Counted from the stretch's first letter, positions 18,736 through 28,715 are shown. The stretch is 32,000 nucleotides of DNA from Micrococcus luteus NCTC 2665 (GCF_000023205.1 NC_012803.1:1440001-1472000), one strand, 5' to 3'. A program made the numbers and translations. Notes: generated by a model from the letters alone, not told the origin.

Positions 18736-20565
18736 ATGTCTGAAACCGTGAACCTGCCCGCCCTGGGCGAATCCGTCACCGAGGGCACCGTGACCCGCTG
18801 GCTCAAGGCCGTCGGCGACGAGGTCGCCGTCGACGAGCCCCTGGTGGAGGTCTCCACCGACAAGGTCGACACCGAGATCCCGTCCCCCGTGGCCGGCGTG
18901 CTCGAGGAGATCCTGGTCGAGGAGGACGACACCGTCGAGGTCGGCGCCCCGCTGGCCACGATCGGCGGCGGCTCCGCCGACACGTCGGAGGACGACGCCG
19001 CGGCCGAGGAGCCCGCCGTCGAGGAGGCTCAGCAGGACGATGTCCAGCAGGAGCCCGCCGGCGAGCCGGCCCCGGAGGAGCGTGCCTCCACCGACCAGGG
19101 CTCGAACGAGGCCCCGTCGGCCGGCGGCGATGCCTCCGAGGTCACCCTGCCCGCGCTGGGCGAGTCCGTGACCGAGGGCACCGTGACCCGCTGGCTGAAG
19201 TCCGTCGGCGACGAGGTCGAGGTCGACGAGCCGCTGCTCGAGGTCTCCACCGACAAGGTCGACACCGAGATCCCCTCCCCCGTGGCGGGCACCCTCCTGG
19301 AGATCCGTGCGGAGGAGGACGACACCGTCGAGGTGGGCGCCGTCCTCGCGCTCGTCGGCTCCGGCTCCGCCGGCGGCGGCTCCGCCCCGTCGGAGGGCTC
19401 CTCCGGCCAGGACGAGGCGTCCGCCGAGGAGATCGAGGACAAGGCGACCGAGGCCGAGGCCCCCGAGGAGACCGAGGAGGCCGCCGAGGCCGCCGGCGTC
19501 GAGAAGTCGGAGAAGACGCCCGAGGCGTCCCCGTCCGAGGAGGCCTCCCGGCGTGAGTCCGCGCAGGGCGAGACCGCCGAGGCGCCCTCCGCCACCGAGC
19601 CCGGCCAGGGCTACGTGACACCGCTGGTGCGCCGCCTGGCCCACCAGAACAACGTGGACCTGTCCACGGTCCGCGGCACGGGCGTCGGCGGCCGCATCCG
19701 CAAGCAGGACGTGCTCGCCGCCGCGCTGGCCTCGCAGGCCGCCGCAGACGGGTCCGAGGCTCCGGCCGAGCAGTCCTCCGAGGCTGCCGCCCCGTCGTCG
19801 GCCGCGTCCGCCCCGGCCACGAGCTCCTCCGTGGACCCCTCGGTCCGCGGCGAGGTGGAGAAGGCGCCGCGCATCCGCCAGGTCATCGCCCAGCGCATGC
19901 GCGAATCCCTCGACCTGTCCGCCCAGCTGACTCAGGTGCACGAGGTGGACCTCACCCGCATCGTGAAGCTGCGCAACAAGGCCAAGGCCTCCTTCCAGCA
20001 GCAGGCCGGCGTGAACCTGACGTACCTGCCGTTCATCACGAAGGCCGTCGCCGAGGCCCTCAAGCAGCACCCCAAGCTGAACGCGTCGCTCTCCAAGGAC
20101 AACAAGGAGATCACCTACCACGCGTCCGAGGACATCGCGATCGCCGTGGACACGGAGAAGGGGCTGCTGGTGCCCGTCATCAAGGACGCCGGCTCCCTGA
20201 ACCTGACGGGCCTCGCCCAGAAGATCGCCGACGTGGCCGAGCGCACCCGCACGAACAAGATCTCGCCGGACGAGCTCTCGGGCGGCACGTTCTCGATCAC
20301 GAACATCGGTTCCGTGGGCGCGCTGTTCGACACGCCGATCATCAACCAGCCGCAGGTCGCGATCCTGGGCACCGGTGCGATCGTGAAGCGCCCCATGGTG
20401 GTGACCGACGCGGACGGCAACGACTCGATCGCCATCCGCCACATGATGTACTTGTCCCTGACCTACGACCACCGCCTGGTGGACGGGGCCGACGCGGGCC
20501 GCTTCCTGATGACGGTGCGTCAGCGTCTCGAGGGCGGCGAGTTCGCCAACGAGCTGGGTCTCTGA
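18736..20565 (+). CDS. sucB: Dihydrolipoamide acyl(succinyl)transferase E2 with two lipoyl domains
   Basis: Two lipoyl domains, each with the [13 protein letters not shown] lipoyl-lysine motif. E3-binding domain [34 protein letters not shown]. Catalytic domain with [18 protein letters not shown]. The ATG at 18736 is preceded by GAGGAG. Confidence 0.9.
   Translation: MSETVNLPALGESVTEGTVTRWLKAVGDEVAVDEPLVEVSTDKVDTEIPSPVAGVLEEILVEEDDTVEVGAPLATIGGGSADTSEDDAAAEEPAVEEAQQDDVQQEPAGEPAPEERASTDQGSNEAPSAGGDASEVTLPALGESVTEGTVTRWLKSVGDEVEVDEPLLEVSTDKVDTEIPSPVAGTLLEIRAEEDDTVEVGAVLALVGSGSAGGGSAPSEGSSGQDEASAEEIEDKATEAEAPEETEEAAEAAGVEKSEKTPEASPSEEASRRESAQGETAEAPSATEPGQGYVTPLVRRLAHQNNVDLSTVRGTGVGGRIRKQDVLAAALASQAAADGSEAPAEQSSEAAAPSSAASAPATSSSVDPSVRGEVEKAPRIRQVIAQRMRESLDLSAQLTQVHEVDLTRIVKLRNKAKASFQQQAGVNLTYLPFITKAVAEALKQHPKLNASLSKDNKEITYHASEDIAIAVDTEKGLLVPVIKDAGSLNLTGLAQKIADVAERTRTNKISPDELSGGTFSITNIGSVGALFDTPIINQPQVAILGTGAIVKRPMVVTDADGNDSIAIRHMMYLSLTYDHRLVDGADAGRFLMTVRQRLEGGEFANELGL
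18754..18957 (+). repeat. Lipoyl-domain DNA repeat, copy 1
   Basis: About 204 bp, aligning without gaps to 19147-19350 at an offset of 393 bp (131 codons). I counted roughly 26 mismatches by hand. A 35-nt stretch, GAGGTCTCCACCGACAAGGTCGACACCGAGATCCC, is identical in both copies. Confidence 0.85.
19147..19350 (+). repeat. Lipoyl-domain DNA repeat, copy 2
   Basis: See copy 1. This is an in-frame intragenic duplication encoding the second lipoyl domain. Confidence 0.85.
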
Positions 20566-20583
20566 CGGAAAGGGAGAAGGACT

Positions 20584-20928
20584 GTGGATATCCTGCACAG
20601 CATCCTGGTGGCCGTGCACATCGTGTCCGCCGCAGCGATCGTGGGCGGTTGGTTCGCGCACTTCCGCAACCCGACCGTCACCACCTCGCAGTGGTGGGGC
20701 TCCGTGGGCATGATCGTCTCCGGCGTGGTGCTTTTCGGCCTCGCCATGAGCGGGGAGCCGAACCACATGAAGCTGGGCGTCAAGTTCCTGATCGGCGTCA
20801 TCGTCTTCGTGGCCGCCCTGATCGGCCGCCGCAAGTCCAACCGCGGGGAGGTCGTGCCCACGGGCCTGGCCCACGCGGTGGGCGGTCTGGGCCTGGTGAA
20901 CATCCTGGTCGCCGTCCTCTGGCAGTGA
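20584..20928 (+). CDS. Small integral membrane protein (about 4 TM helices); function unknown
   Basis: 114 aa with four hydrophobic segments: ILHSILVAVHIVSAAAIVGGWF, WWGSVGMIVSGVVLFGLAM, LGVKFLIGVIVFVAALIG and LAHAVGGLGLVNILVAVLW. GTG start 18 nt after the sucB stop, preceded by GGGAGAAGGA. I recognise no family. Confidence 0.6.
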   Translation: MDILHSILVAVHIVSAAAIVGGWFAHFRNPTVTTSQWWGSVGMIVSGVVLFGLAMSGEPNHMKLGVKFLIGVIVFVAALIGRRKSNRGEVVPTGLAHAVGGLGLVNILVAVLWQ

Positions 20929-20954
20929 TCAGCCCAGGCGGCTGACGCCGCACC

Positions 20955-20997
20955 ACGCCGCGGGCCCCGGGGAGCTTCTCCCCGGGGCCCGCGGCGT
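20955..20997. terminator. Bidirectional stem-loop between the convergent membrane-protein and kinase genes
   Basis: ACGCCGCGGGCCCCGGGGA gcttc TCCCCGGGGCCCGCGGCGT, a 19-bp perfect stem with a 5-nt loop. Confidence 0.6.
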
Positions 20998-21044
20998 CCC
21001 CCCGTCGGGACCGCCGGCCTCCGGCGCTGGATCCGAGCTCGGGG

Positions 21045-22730
21045 TCAGCGCGGATCGACGGTCTCGACCCGCCACGTCCGATCCGCCGCGCCGCCGTCCC
21101 GCCCCTCGGGGCCCTCTCCGTGGCCGCTGCGCAGGACCAGCACGACCTCCTCGGCCGTCGCCTCCCGATGCGCCGCCACGCGTCCCGCGCGGTCCAGCAC
21201 GGTGTGGGCCGACGTCCGGAGCACGGCGTCGACACGCAGCGCGTCGTCCCCGGCCCGCCGGGCGGGTCCGGCCTGCTCCACCGTCACCTCGAGGCCGGAG
21301 AAGGCGAACCCCTCGTCCGTCAGCCGGCGCAGCAGATCCCGGTCGTTCTCCCACGCCGGTCCCCCGGGCACGGCGTAGGCGTCCAGTCGCGCAGGCTCCG
21401 GGTCGATGAGCGCGGCCGTCCGGGCGTGGCCGACCGCGGCCAGCGCCTCGCCCACGTCGACGGCGTCCTCCCCGGCGGCGTCCTCCCCGGCGGCGTCCTC
21501 CCCGGGGGCACCCGCGTCCGGCACCCTCGCCGGCGTCCCGCTCTCCGGCGTCCCGTCCGCCGGGCGCGCCGCGTCCACCGAGGTGCCGGCCGGCACCGCG
21601 CCCGCCGGATCCGGCGCCCCCTCCGTCGCGTCGCCCAGGGACGCCGGCCACCACAGCCCCACGGTGCCGCCGCCGATGGCCAGCGCGGTGGCCAGCCCTG
21701 CGGCCAGGAGGACGCCCCGGCGTGGCGCCGCCCCACGTCGTCCCGCCAGCGCGCGCCGTCCCGGACCCGCGCGTCGTCGGCGTCGCCGCGTGGGCCCGGA
21801 GCCCGGCAGCACCGTGGGCAGCAGGTGCGCCACCTCGGCGGGGGCGGCCTCTCCGAGCGGGACCGGCTCGGGCCGGGCCGTCGCATACACGGCGGCGGCG
21901 GCCTCCTCCGCGCTCGGCCGCGCCGCCGGGTCCGGGGAGAGCGCCGCATCGAGCAGCAGCGCGAGCTCGGGGGACGCCTCGGGGACCAGGACGGGCAGCG
22001 GCGCCCGATGCCCGGCGGCGCCCGGCGCGCGACCGGTGAGCGCGTACCAGCCCAGGGCGGCCCACGCGTGGACGTCACTCGGCGCCCCCACCGCGGGCGA
22101 CGCCCCCGGTTGCGCCCCGGCCCCCTCTACCGCGGCGAGCGCCTCGGGGGCCGCGAAGCCCGGCGTCGCCCCGGCCCCCGACGCCCCGCCGACCACCCGG
22201 GCGACGCCGAGGTCGGCGAGGGCCGGGCTGCCGTCGACGCCGAACAGGACGTTCGCCGGGGAGACGTCGCCGTGCACCACCCCCTCGCGGTGAAGGCACG
22301 CGAGTGCCTGCGCGATCGGGACGAGCACGGTGACGGCCTGCCCGGGGCTCAGGGGGCCGACCCGCTGCACCATGTCCTGCAGCGTGCCGGCCGCGCGGTG
22401 CTCGGTGAGGACTCCGAGGCCCCGGTCCGTCTCCACCACGCCGAGCACGCGCAGCAGATGGGGATGCGCGACCCGTCCGGCCTGCGCCTCCGCCGCCAGG
22501 GCGTCCGCCGCCGCGCCGGCACGGGGCACCTTCAGGGCGGATCGGACGCCCCGACCGTCCTCGACGAGCCAGACCTCCGCCTGGGCGCCCGCGCCGAGCA
22601 GCCGGACGGGTTCCCAGCCCGGGGTGCGCGGCGCAGCCGTGCCCGGCTCCGACGACCTCCCCGGTTCGGTCTCCGGCCCGCCGCCGACGCGTCCCGCCGC
22701 GCCGCCGTCCGCCTCGTCCCAGTCCCGCAT
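21045..22730 (-). CDS. Membrane-anchored Hanks-type Ser/Thr protein kinase homologue with a non-canonical catalytic loop
   Basis: Kinase subdomains: [10 protein letters not shown] (Gly loop), ALKV (Lys), [10 protein letters not shown] (catalytic loop, 22251-22274), DLG, GFAAPE and [15 protein letters not shown]. These are followed by an Arg-rich juxtamembrane stretch, one TM ([22 protein letters not shown]) and an extracytoplasmic domain of about 190 aa. The ATG at 22730 is preceded by GGAGAGGGGA. Confidence 0.8.
   Translation of the reverse strand: MRDWDEADGGAAGRVGGGPETEPGRSSEPGTAAPRTPGWEPVRLLGAGAQAEVWLVEDGRGVRSALKVPRAGAAADALAAEAQAGRVAHPHLLRVLGVVETDRGLGVLTEHRAAGTLQDMVQRVGPLSPGQAVTVLVPIAQALACLHREGVVHGDVSPANVLFGVDGSPALADLGVARVVGGASGAGATPGFAAPEALAAVEGAGAQPGASPAVGAPSDVHAWAALGWYALTGRAPGAAGHRAPLPVLVPEASPELALLLDAALSPDPAARPSAEEAAAAVYATARPEPVPLGEAAPAEVAHLLPTVLPGSGPTRRRRRRAGPGRRALAGRRGAAPRRGVLLAAGLATALAIGGGTVGLWWPASLGDATEGAPDPAGAVPAGTSVDAARPADGTPESGTPARVPDAGAPGEDAAGEDAAGEDAVDVGEALAAVGHARTAALIDPEPARLDAYAVPGGPAWENDRDLLRRLTDEGFAFSGLEVTVEQAGPARRAGDDALRVDAVLRTSAHTVLDRAGRVAAHREATAEEVVLVLRSGHGEGPEGRDGGAADRTWRVETVDPR
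21461..21505. repeat. Perfect 15-bp x3 in-frame tandem repeat inside the kinase gene
   Basis: CGGCGTCCTCCCCGG at 21461-21475, 21476-21490 and 21491-21505. On the minus strand it encodes the (GEDAA)n segment of the extracytoplasmic linker. Confidence 0.9.
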
Positions 22731-22838
22731 CCGGCTCCCCTCTCCGCCGCGCCGTCCGTTCCACCCCAGGGTGCCGCATGTCCCCGAGCGTCACGGCGGT
22801 TGTCCACAGGTCCGGGCCCGAGCACTACAGTGGACGTC

Positions 22839-23540
22839 ATGCCCGAGACCCTCCTGCCGCCCCTGCGCGTGCTCGGCCTGGCGCCCGATTTGGTGGACTA
22901 CCACACCGCCTGGGACGCCCAGCGCGCCCTGCACGCGGACGTCGTCGCCGGCCGCTCCGACGGGGAGTTCCTCCTCCTGGAGCACGAGGCCGTCTACACG
23001 GCCGGTCGCCGCACCGAGGACGCAGAGCGACCCACGGACGGCGCCCCCGTCGTGGACGTGGACCGCGGCGGCAAGATCACGTGGCATGGGCCGGGCCAGC
23101 TGGTCGGCTACCCCGTGGTCCGGCTGCGCGACCGTGCCCACGTCAAGGACTACGTCTGGTTCCTCGAGGAGCTGCTGATCCGCACCGCCGCCGAGTTCGG
23201 CGTCACGGCCGTCCGCGTGGACGGGCGGGCGGGCATCTGGGTCCTCGCGGACCGGGACGACGACGGCGCGGCCCGCCCGGACCGCAAGGTCGGCGCCATC
23301 GGCCTGTCCATCCACGACGGCGTCTCGATGCACGGCTTCGCACTGAACTGCTCCAACTCCCTGGCCCCCTACGAGGGCATCATCGCGTGCGGCATCACGG
23401 ACGCCGCCACCACCACCCTGTCGGTCGAGACGGGCCGGACCATCACCCCGGCCGACGTCGTGCCGGTGCTCACCCGTCATCTGGACGAGCTCGGGCCTGC
23501 GTACATCGCCGTCACCCCCACGGAAGGAATCCCCGCATGA
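22839..23540 (+). CDS. lipB: Lipoyl(octanoyl) transferase
   Basis: [40 protein letters not shown] and ACGI motifs. ATG at 22839, with an in-frame GTG at 22830 possible. There is no SD. A TACAGT -10-like hexamer at 22826-22831 suggests a leaderless or near-leaderless mRNA. Confidence 0.9.
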   Translation: MPETLLPPLRVLGLAPDLVDYHTAWDAQRALHADVVAGRSDGEFLLLEHEAVYTAGRRTEDAERPTDGAPVVDVDRGGKITWHGPGQLVGYPVVRLRDRAHVKDYVWFLEELLIRTAAEFGVTAVRVDGRAGIWVLADRDDDGAARPDRKVGAIGLSIHDGVSMHGFALNCSNSLAPYEGIIACGITDAATTTLSVETGRTITPADVVPVLTRHLDELGPAYIAVTPTEGIPA

Positions 23541-24544
23541 GCCTCGCCCCCGAAGGACGCCGCCTGCTGCGCGTGGAGGCGCGCAACGCCGAGGTGCCCG
23601 TCGAGCGCAAGCCCGAGTGGATCAAGGCCAAGGTCCACATGGGCCCCGAGTACATCGGCCTGAAGAACAAGGTCAAGTCCGCCGGCCTGCACACCGTGTG
23701 CGAGGAGGCCGGCTGCCCCAACATCTTCGAGTGCTGGGAGGACCGCGAGGCCACGTTCCTCATCGGCGGCGACATCTGCACCCGCCGGTGTGACTTCTGC
23801 GACATCACCTCCGGCAAGCCGCGCCCCCTGGACATGGAGGAGCCGCAGAAGGTCGCCGAGAACATCCGCGAGATGGACCTGCGGTACGCCACCGTCACGG
23901 GCGTGGCCCGTGACGACCAGAAGGACGGCGCGGCGTGGCTCTACGCGGAGACCATCCGCCGCATCCACGCGCTCAACCCGGGGACCGGCGTCGAGATCCT
24001 GCCGCCGGACTTCGGCGCGGTGCCGGAGCTCGTCCAGCAGGTGTTCGACGCGCGGCCCGAGGTGTTCGCGCACAACCTGGAGACGGTGCCGCGCATCTTC
24101 AAGCGCATCCGCCCGGCCTTCACGTACGAGAAGTCCCTCCGGGTGCTCACGATGGCCAAGGCCGACGGGCTCGTGACCAAGTCCAACCTCATCCTCGGCA
24201 TGGGCGAGGAGGACCACGAGATCGACCAGGCCCTGGTGGACCTGCACGAGTCCGGCTGCGACATCATCACCATCACGCAGTACGTGCGGCCCTCGAAGCT
24301 GCACCACCCCATCGACCGCTGGGTGAAGCCGCAGGAGTTCGTCCAGTGGTCCCAGCGCGCCGAGGAGATCGGCTTTCAGGGCGTCATGGCGGGCCCGCTG
24401 GTGCGCTCGTCGTACCGCGCGGGCAAGCTCTATGCGCAGGCCATGCAGCGCCTCGGCCGGACCCTGCCGGAGAACCTGGCGCACCTGGCCGGGGAGAAGA
24501 CCGCCCGCCAGGAGGCCTCCGCCGTCGTCGCCCAGATGTCCTGA
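23537..24544 (+). CDS. lipA: Lipoyl synthase (radical SAM)
   Basis: Auxiliary cluster motif [12 protein letters not shown] and radical-SAM motif CTRRCDFC. The start overlaps the lipB stop (ATGA at 23537-23540). Confidence 0.95.
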   Translation: MSLAPEGRRLLRVEARNAEVPVERKPEWIKAKVHMGPEYIGLKNKVKSAGLHTVCEEAGCPNIFECWEDREATFLIGGDICTRRCDFCDITSGKPRPLDMEEPQKVAENIREMDLRYATVTGVARDDQKDGAAWLYAETIRRIHALNPGTGVEILPPDFGAVPELVQQVFDARPEVFAHNLETVPRIFKRIRPAFTYEKSLRVLTMAKADGLVTKSNLILGMGEEDHEIDQALVDLHESGCDIITITQYVRPSKLHHPIDRWVKPQEFVQWSQRAEEIGFQGVMAGPLVRSSYRAGKLYAQAMQRLGRTLPENLAHLAGEKTARQEASAVVAQMS

Positions 24545-24570
24545 GCCGCCCGACTAGACTGGACCCCGTC

Positions 24571-25383
24571 ATGACGAAGAACAGCCAGCCCCCCGCGTCC
24601 TCCTCCGGCTCCACCTCCGCCACGCTCAAGGAGGTCAAGGCCATGCAGCGCGAGCGTCGCCGTCGCGTCAAGGAGGAGACCCGCGCCCAGCGTCGGGACA
24701 AGCGCGCGGCGAAGGGCCCGGGCGTGATCTCCCAGCTCAAGCAGGCCTACGCCATGACCAAGGCGCACGACCCCAAGGTCGGACTGTGGATGCTGCTGGC
24801 CTTCCTGGGCGCCCTGGTCGTCGGCCTCGTCATCGGCCTCCTCCTGGACAACTGGATCACGTGGCTGCTCATCGCGATCCCGTTCGGTGTGCTCGCCGCC
24901 GTCGTCATCCTGAACCGGAAGGCGCGCCGCGCCGGGTTCGCCCAGCTCGAGGGCCGCCCCGGCGCCGCCGGCGCCGCGCTCTCCACGCTGGGCCGCGGCT
25001 GGATCGTGTCCGAGCAGCCGGCCGCCGTGAACCCGAAGACCCAGGACCTCGTCTACCGGGCCGTGGGCCGGCCGGGCGTGGTGCTGGTGACGGAGGGCCC
25101 CTCCCCCCGCGTCGCCGCGCTGGTGGTCAAGGAGGAGAAGGCCATGCGCCGCTTCCTGCCCGGCGTGCCCGTCACCGTGGTGGAGTCCGGCAACGGCCAG
25201 GGCCAGGTCCCGCTGCACGAGCTGCCCGGCACGCTCAAGGGCATGAAGAAGGCCCTCACGGCGCAGGAGGTCCAGGCCGTGGACAAGCGTCTGACCGCGC
25301 TCAACACCAACCGGCTGCCCATCCCCAAGGGCGTCGACCCGAACAAGGTGCGCCCGAGCCGCCGCGCGATGCGCGGCCGCTGA
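24571..25383 (+). CDS. DUF4191-type membrane protein; conserved downstream of lipA in actinobacteria
   Basis: 270 aa with a basic N-terminus (QRERRRRVKEETRAQRRDKR), two TM helices (LWMLLAFLGALVVGLVIGLLL and WLLIAIPFGVLAAVVIL) and a soluble C-terminal domain. The position after lipA matches the Rv2219-like gene of mycobacteria. The family name is from memory. Confidence 0.6.
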   Translation: MTKNSQPPASSSGSTSATLKEVKAMQRERRRRVKEETRAQRRDKRAAKGPGVISQLKQAYAMTKAHDPKVGLWMLLAFLGALVVGLVIGLLLDNWITWLLIAIPFGVLAAVVILNRKARRAGFAQLEGRPGAAGAALSTLGRGWIVSEQPAAVNPKTQDLVYRAVGRPGVVLVTEGPSPRVAALVVKEEKAMRRFLPGVPVTVVESGNGQGQVPLHELPGTLKGMKKALTAQEVQAVDKRLTALNTNRLPIPKGVDPNKVRPSRRAMRGR

Positions 25384-25395
25384 ACCGGCCCCAGA

Positions 25396-25438
25396 CGACA
25401 GGGGCGCCCCGCCGACGCACGGCGGGGCGCCCCTGTCG
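25396..25438. terminator. Bidirectional stem-loop between the convergent DUF4191 and RDD genes
   Basis: CGACAGGGGCGCCCCGCC gacgcac GGCGGGGCGCCCCTGTCG, an 18-bp perfect stem with a 7-nt loop. Confidence 0.6.
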
Positions 25439-25454
25439 CGTGCGGGCGGGACGG

Positions 25455-25955
25455 TCACATGCGGATCTCGACCGTGTCCGCGAGCTTGTCGTGCAAGCCG
25501 CGCCCGTCCGGCCCGACGACGACGGCCGGCAGCACGAGGCACAGCAGCGCCGTGCGCAGCAGGATTCGGGGCAGGCCGGCCGGGCGGCCGCCGACGCGGA
25601 CGACCTGGATGCGGCACACGGCCTTGCCCACCGTGGTGGCCAGCAGGGTGAGCCCGAGGACATGCATCGCCGCGAACACGAGGAGGGTGGCGATCGCGTC
25701 ACCGTCGAAGGCCAGCCACGAGATGCCCAGGGCGATGAACCAGTCGAGGACGAGGGCGCCCATCCGGCGGGCCGCCGTCGCCATGGAGGCCGGACCCCGT
25801 TCCGGCAGGCCGAGCAGGTCCCCCGGCCAGCGGCCGCCCGCGCGGCCCCCGCCGGGACCGTCCACCCAGCTGGCGAGGTCGCGGCGCGTGATCAGCGGCT
25901 CGTCGCGGCGGGTCGGTTCGGGCTCTTGCGCGGGGTCGGGTGCTCTGCGTGCCAC
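25455..25955 (-). CDS. RDD-family membrane protein
   Basis: 166 aa. RRMGALVLDWFIALGISWL..., then further TM segments and C-terminal GLHDKLADTVE, which is typical of RDD-domain proteins. GTG start at 25955. It is divergent from glnA, like the Rv2219A-type gene in mycobacteria. Confidence 0.65.
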   Translation of the reverse strand: MARRAPDPAQEPEPTRRDEPLITRRDLASWVDGPGGGRAGGRWPGDLLGLPERGPASMATAARRMGALVLDWFIALGISWLAFDGDAIATLLVFAAMHVLGLTLLATTVGKAVCRIQVVRVGGRPAGLPRILLRTALLCLVLPAVVVGPDGRGLHDKLADTVEIRM

Positions 25956-26106
25956 CGGCCCAGCCTACCGGCGCGGGACCGCGAGGCTCGCCGTGGGGCG
26001 TCACCGACGCCCACGGAGGCCGCCGGGCAAGTAGGGTGATGACACCCGCCACGCCAGCGCCGCCGTGCCGGACATGCCACCATCGTCACGACCACAGGAG
26101 CGCACC

Positions 26107-27531
26107 ATGTTCACCTCCCCCGCGGACGTCCTCGCGTACATCAAGGATGAGGGGATCGAGTTCGTCGACATCCGCTTCACCGACCTCCCCGGCATGCAGC
26201 ACCACTTCAACGTGCCCGCGTCCACGGTCGACGAGGACTTCTTCACCACGGGCCAGCTGTTCGACGGCTCCTCCATCCGGGGCTTCGCCGGCATCGCCGA
26301 GTCCGACATGCAGCTCATCCCGGACGTCGCGACGGCCTTCGTGGACCCCTTCCGGGTCCGCAAGACCCTCACGATGAACTTCTCCATCGTGAACCCCCGC
26401 ACCGGCGAGCCCTACCTGCGCGACCCGCGCGGCGTGGCCCAGCGCGCGGAGGCCTACCTGAGCTCCTCCGGCATCGCCGACACGGCGTTCTTCGCCCCCG
26501 AGGCCGAGTTCTTCATCTTCGAGGACGTCCGCTACGAGTCCTCCCCCCGCGGCTCGTTCTACGCCGTGGACTCGGACGAGGCCTGGTGGAACGCCTCCCG
26601 CGAGGACGAGGGCGGCAACCTGAGCCACAAGACCGGCCTCAAGGGCGGCTACTTCCCCGTCTCCCCCACGGACAAGCAGGCCGACCTGCGCGACGAGATC
26701 TGCTCGGTCCTGGCCGAGGTCGGCCTCGAGGTAGAGCGCTCCCACCACGAGGTGGCCGCCGCGGGCCAGGCGGAGATCAACTACCGCTTCAACACGCTGA
26801 CCCACTCGGCGGACGACCTGCAGAAGTTCAAGTACGTCGTCAAGAACGTCGCCAACATGTTCGGCAAGTCCGCGACCTTCATGCCCAAGCCCGTCTTCGG
26901 CGACAACGGCTCCGGCATGCACTGCCACCAGTCCCTGTGGAACGGCGGCGAGCCGCTGTTCTTCGACGAGAAGGGCTACGCGAACCTCTCGGACACCGCC
27001 CGCTGGTACATCGGCGGCCTGCTGAAGCACGCCTCCGCGGTCCTGGCCTTCACCAACCCCACGGTGAACTCCTACCGCCGCCTGGTGCCGGGCTTCGAGG
27101 CCCCCGTGAACATGGTTTACTCGCAGGGCAACCGCTCGGCGGGCATCCGCATCCCGATCACCGGCTCCAACCCGAAGGCCAAGCGCATCGAGTTCCGCGC
27201 CCCGGACGCCTCGGGCAACCCGTACCTCGCGTTCGCCGCGCAGCTGATGGCCGGCCTGGACGGCATCCGCAACCGCATCGAGCCGGCCGAGCCGATCGAC
27301 AAGGACCTCTACGAGCTGCCGGCCGAGGAGGCCGCCGACATCCAGAAGGCACCCGCCACCCTGGACGAGGCCCTGAACGCCCTCGAGGAGGACCACGAGT
27401 TCCTCCTGGCCGGCGACGTGTTCACCGAGGAGCTGATCGAGACCTGGATCGCGTACAAGCGCGAGATGGAGATCGCCCCGCTGGCCCTGCGCCCGAACCC
27501 CTACGAGTTCGAGCTCTACTACTCGGTCTGA
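26107..27531 (+). CDS. glnA: Glutamine synthetase type I (GSI-beta, adenylylation-regulated)
   Basis: [42 protein letters not shown] and C-terminal EFELYYSV. Adenylylation-site Tyr in [11 protein letters not shown] (codon 27310-27312). AGGAGC lies 6 nt before ATG 26107. Confidence 0.95.
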   Translation: MFTSPADVLAYIKDEGIEFVDIRFTDLPGMQHHFNVPASTVDEDFFTTGQLFDGSSIRGFAGIAESDMQLIPDVATAFVDPFRVRKTLTMNFSIVNPRTGEPYLRDPRGVAQRAEAYLSSSGIADTAFFAPEAEFFIFEDVRYESSPRGSFYAVDSDEAWWNASREDEGGNLSHKTGLKGGYFPVSPTDKQADLRDEICSVLAEVGLEVERSHHEVAAAGQAEINYRFNTLTHSADDLQKFKYVVKNVANMFGKSATFMPKPVFGDNGSGMHCHQSLWNGGEPLFFDEKGYANLSDTARWYIGGLLKHASAVLAFTNPTVNSYRRLVPGFEAPVNMVYSQGNRSAGIRIPITGSNPKAKRIEFRAPDASGNPYLAFAAQLMAGLDGIRNRIEPAEPIDKDLYELPAEEAADIQKAPATLDEALNALEEDHEFLLAGDVFTEELIETWIAYKREMEIAPLALRPNPYEFELYYSV

Positions 27532-27548
27532 TCCGCCCGCCGCGGCCC

Positions 27549-27596
27549 CGACGACGGCCGTTCGTCTCCCACGCCGGAGGCGGGCGGCCGTCGTCG
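27549..27596 (+). terminator. Stem-loop downstream of glnA
   Basis: CGACGACGGCCG (27549-27560) pairs perfectly with CGGCCGTCGTCG (27585-27596). Outer arms CCGCGGCC (27540-27547) and GGCCGCGG (27602-27609) can extend the structure. The loop is 24 nt and there is no U-tract. Confidence 0.4.
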
Positions 27597-27684
27597 TGCC
27601 CGGCCGCGGAATAGTCCGGGGCCGGTGGGCGCTGGATCTGTGGAGACCTCCGCCCGGCCGGGCGGCCCGCAGACCAGGAGCACC

Positions 27685-28689
27685 ATGACCGAGCACACCG
27701 CCCCCACCCCCCTGCCGCTGTCACTGCTGGACCTCGCCCTCGTCCGCGACGGCGCCCCGATGGGCGAAGCCTTCGCCGAATCCGTGGAGCAGGCACGCGT
27801 CGCCGAGGCAGAAGGCTTCCGGCGCGTCTGGTACGCCGAGCACCACAACATGCCCTCCATCGCCTCCTCCGCCACGGCCGTACTCATCGCGCACGTGGCC
27901 GCCCACACCGACTCGATCCGCCTCGGCTCCGGCGGCGTCATGCTGCCCAACCACTCGCCGCTGGTGATCGCCGAGCAGTTCGGCACCCTGGCCGAGCTGC
28001 ACCCCGGCCGCATCGACCTGGGCCTGGGTCGCGCCCCCGGCACCGACCAGCGGACGCTGCAGGCGCTGCGCCGGGATCCGTCGGCGGCCGAGCGCTTCCC
28101 GCAGGACGTGCTCGAGCTGCAGGGCTACCTCACCGGCCAGAGCCTGATCCCCGGCATCGACGCCTACCCCGGCAAGGGCACCAACGTGCCGCTGTACATC
28201 CTCGGCTCCTCGGCGTTCGGCGCCCAGCTGGCCGCGCAGCTCGGCCTGGGCTACGCGTTCGCGAGCCACTTCGCACCGCAGATGCTCGAGCATGCGGCGC
28301 GCCTGTACCGGGAGAACTTCGAGCCCTCCGAGGCCCTCGCGGAGCCGCACTTCATCGCGGCGGCCAACGTGATCGCCGCGGACACCGAGGAGGTGGCCGA
28401 GCGGGAGTGGCAGGCCGCGCAGCGGGCGCGCATCCGGATGATGCTCGGCCGGGGCCGCACCCTCACCGACGACGAGGTCGAGATGCTGCTGCACTCCCCC
28501 GCCGGTCAGCAGGTGCTCGGGATGCTCGAGTGCACGGCCGTGGGCACCGGCCCGACGACGGCGGCGTGGCTGCACGACTTCGCGGCGCGGGTCCAGGCGG
28601 ACGAGCTGATCGTGACCACGGCCGCGCCGGACCCCGACGTGCGGCGACGCACCCTGGAGCTGCTCGGGGAGCACGTCGTGCGCGCCTGA
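27685..28689 (+). CDS. LLM-class (luciferase-like) flavin-dependent oxidoreductase
   Basis: [75 protein letters not shown] is the characteristic bacterial luciferase-like monooxygenase N-terminal region. The ATG at 27685 is preceded by AGGAGC. Confidence 0.8.
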   Translation: MTEHTAPTPLPLSLLDLALVRDGAPMGEAFAESVEQARVAEAEGFRRVWYAEHHNMPSIASSATAVLIAHVAAHTDSIRLGSGGVMLPNHSPLVIAEQFGTLAELHPGRIDLGLGRAPGTDQRTLQALRRDPSAAERFPQDVLELQGYLTGQSLIPGIDAYPGKGTNVPLYILGSSAFGAQLAAQLGLGYAFASHFAPQMLEHAARLYRENFEPSEALAEPHFIAAANVIAADTEEVAEREWQAAQRARIRMMLGRGRTLTDDEVEMLLHSPAGQQVLGMLECTAVGTGPTTAAWLHDFAARVQADELIVTTAAPDPDVRRRTLELLGEHVVRA

Positions 28690-28715
28690 GCCGGCGCTCG
28701 CGACACCGGAGCACG

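Noticed and set aside
25956-26106. Search for GlnR/AmtR-type operator boxes and a promoter upstream of glnA. There is a TAGGGT at 26032-26037.
   Set aside because: I found only a generic TANNNT hexamer and no convincing GTnAC-n6-GnAAC-type repeat, so no regulatory site is reported.
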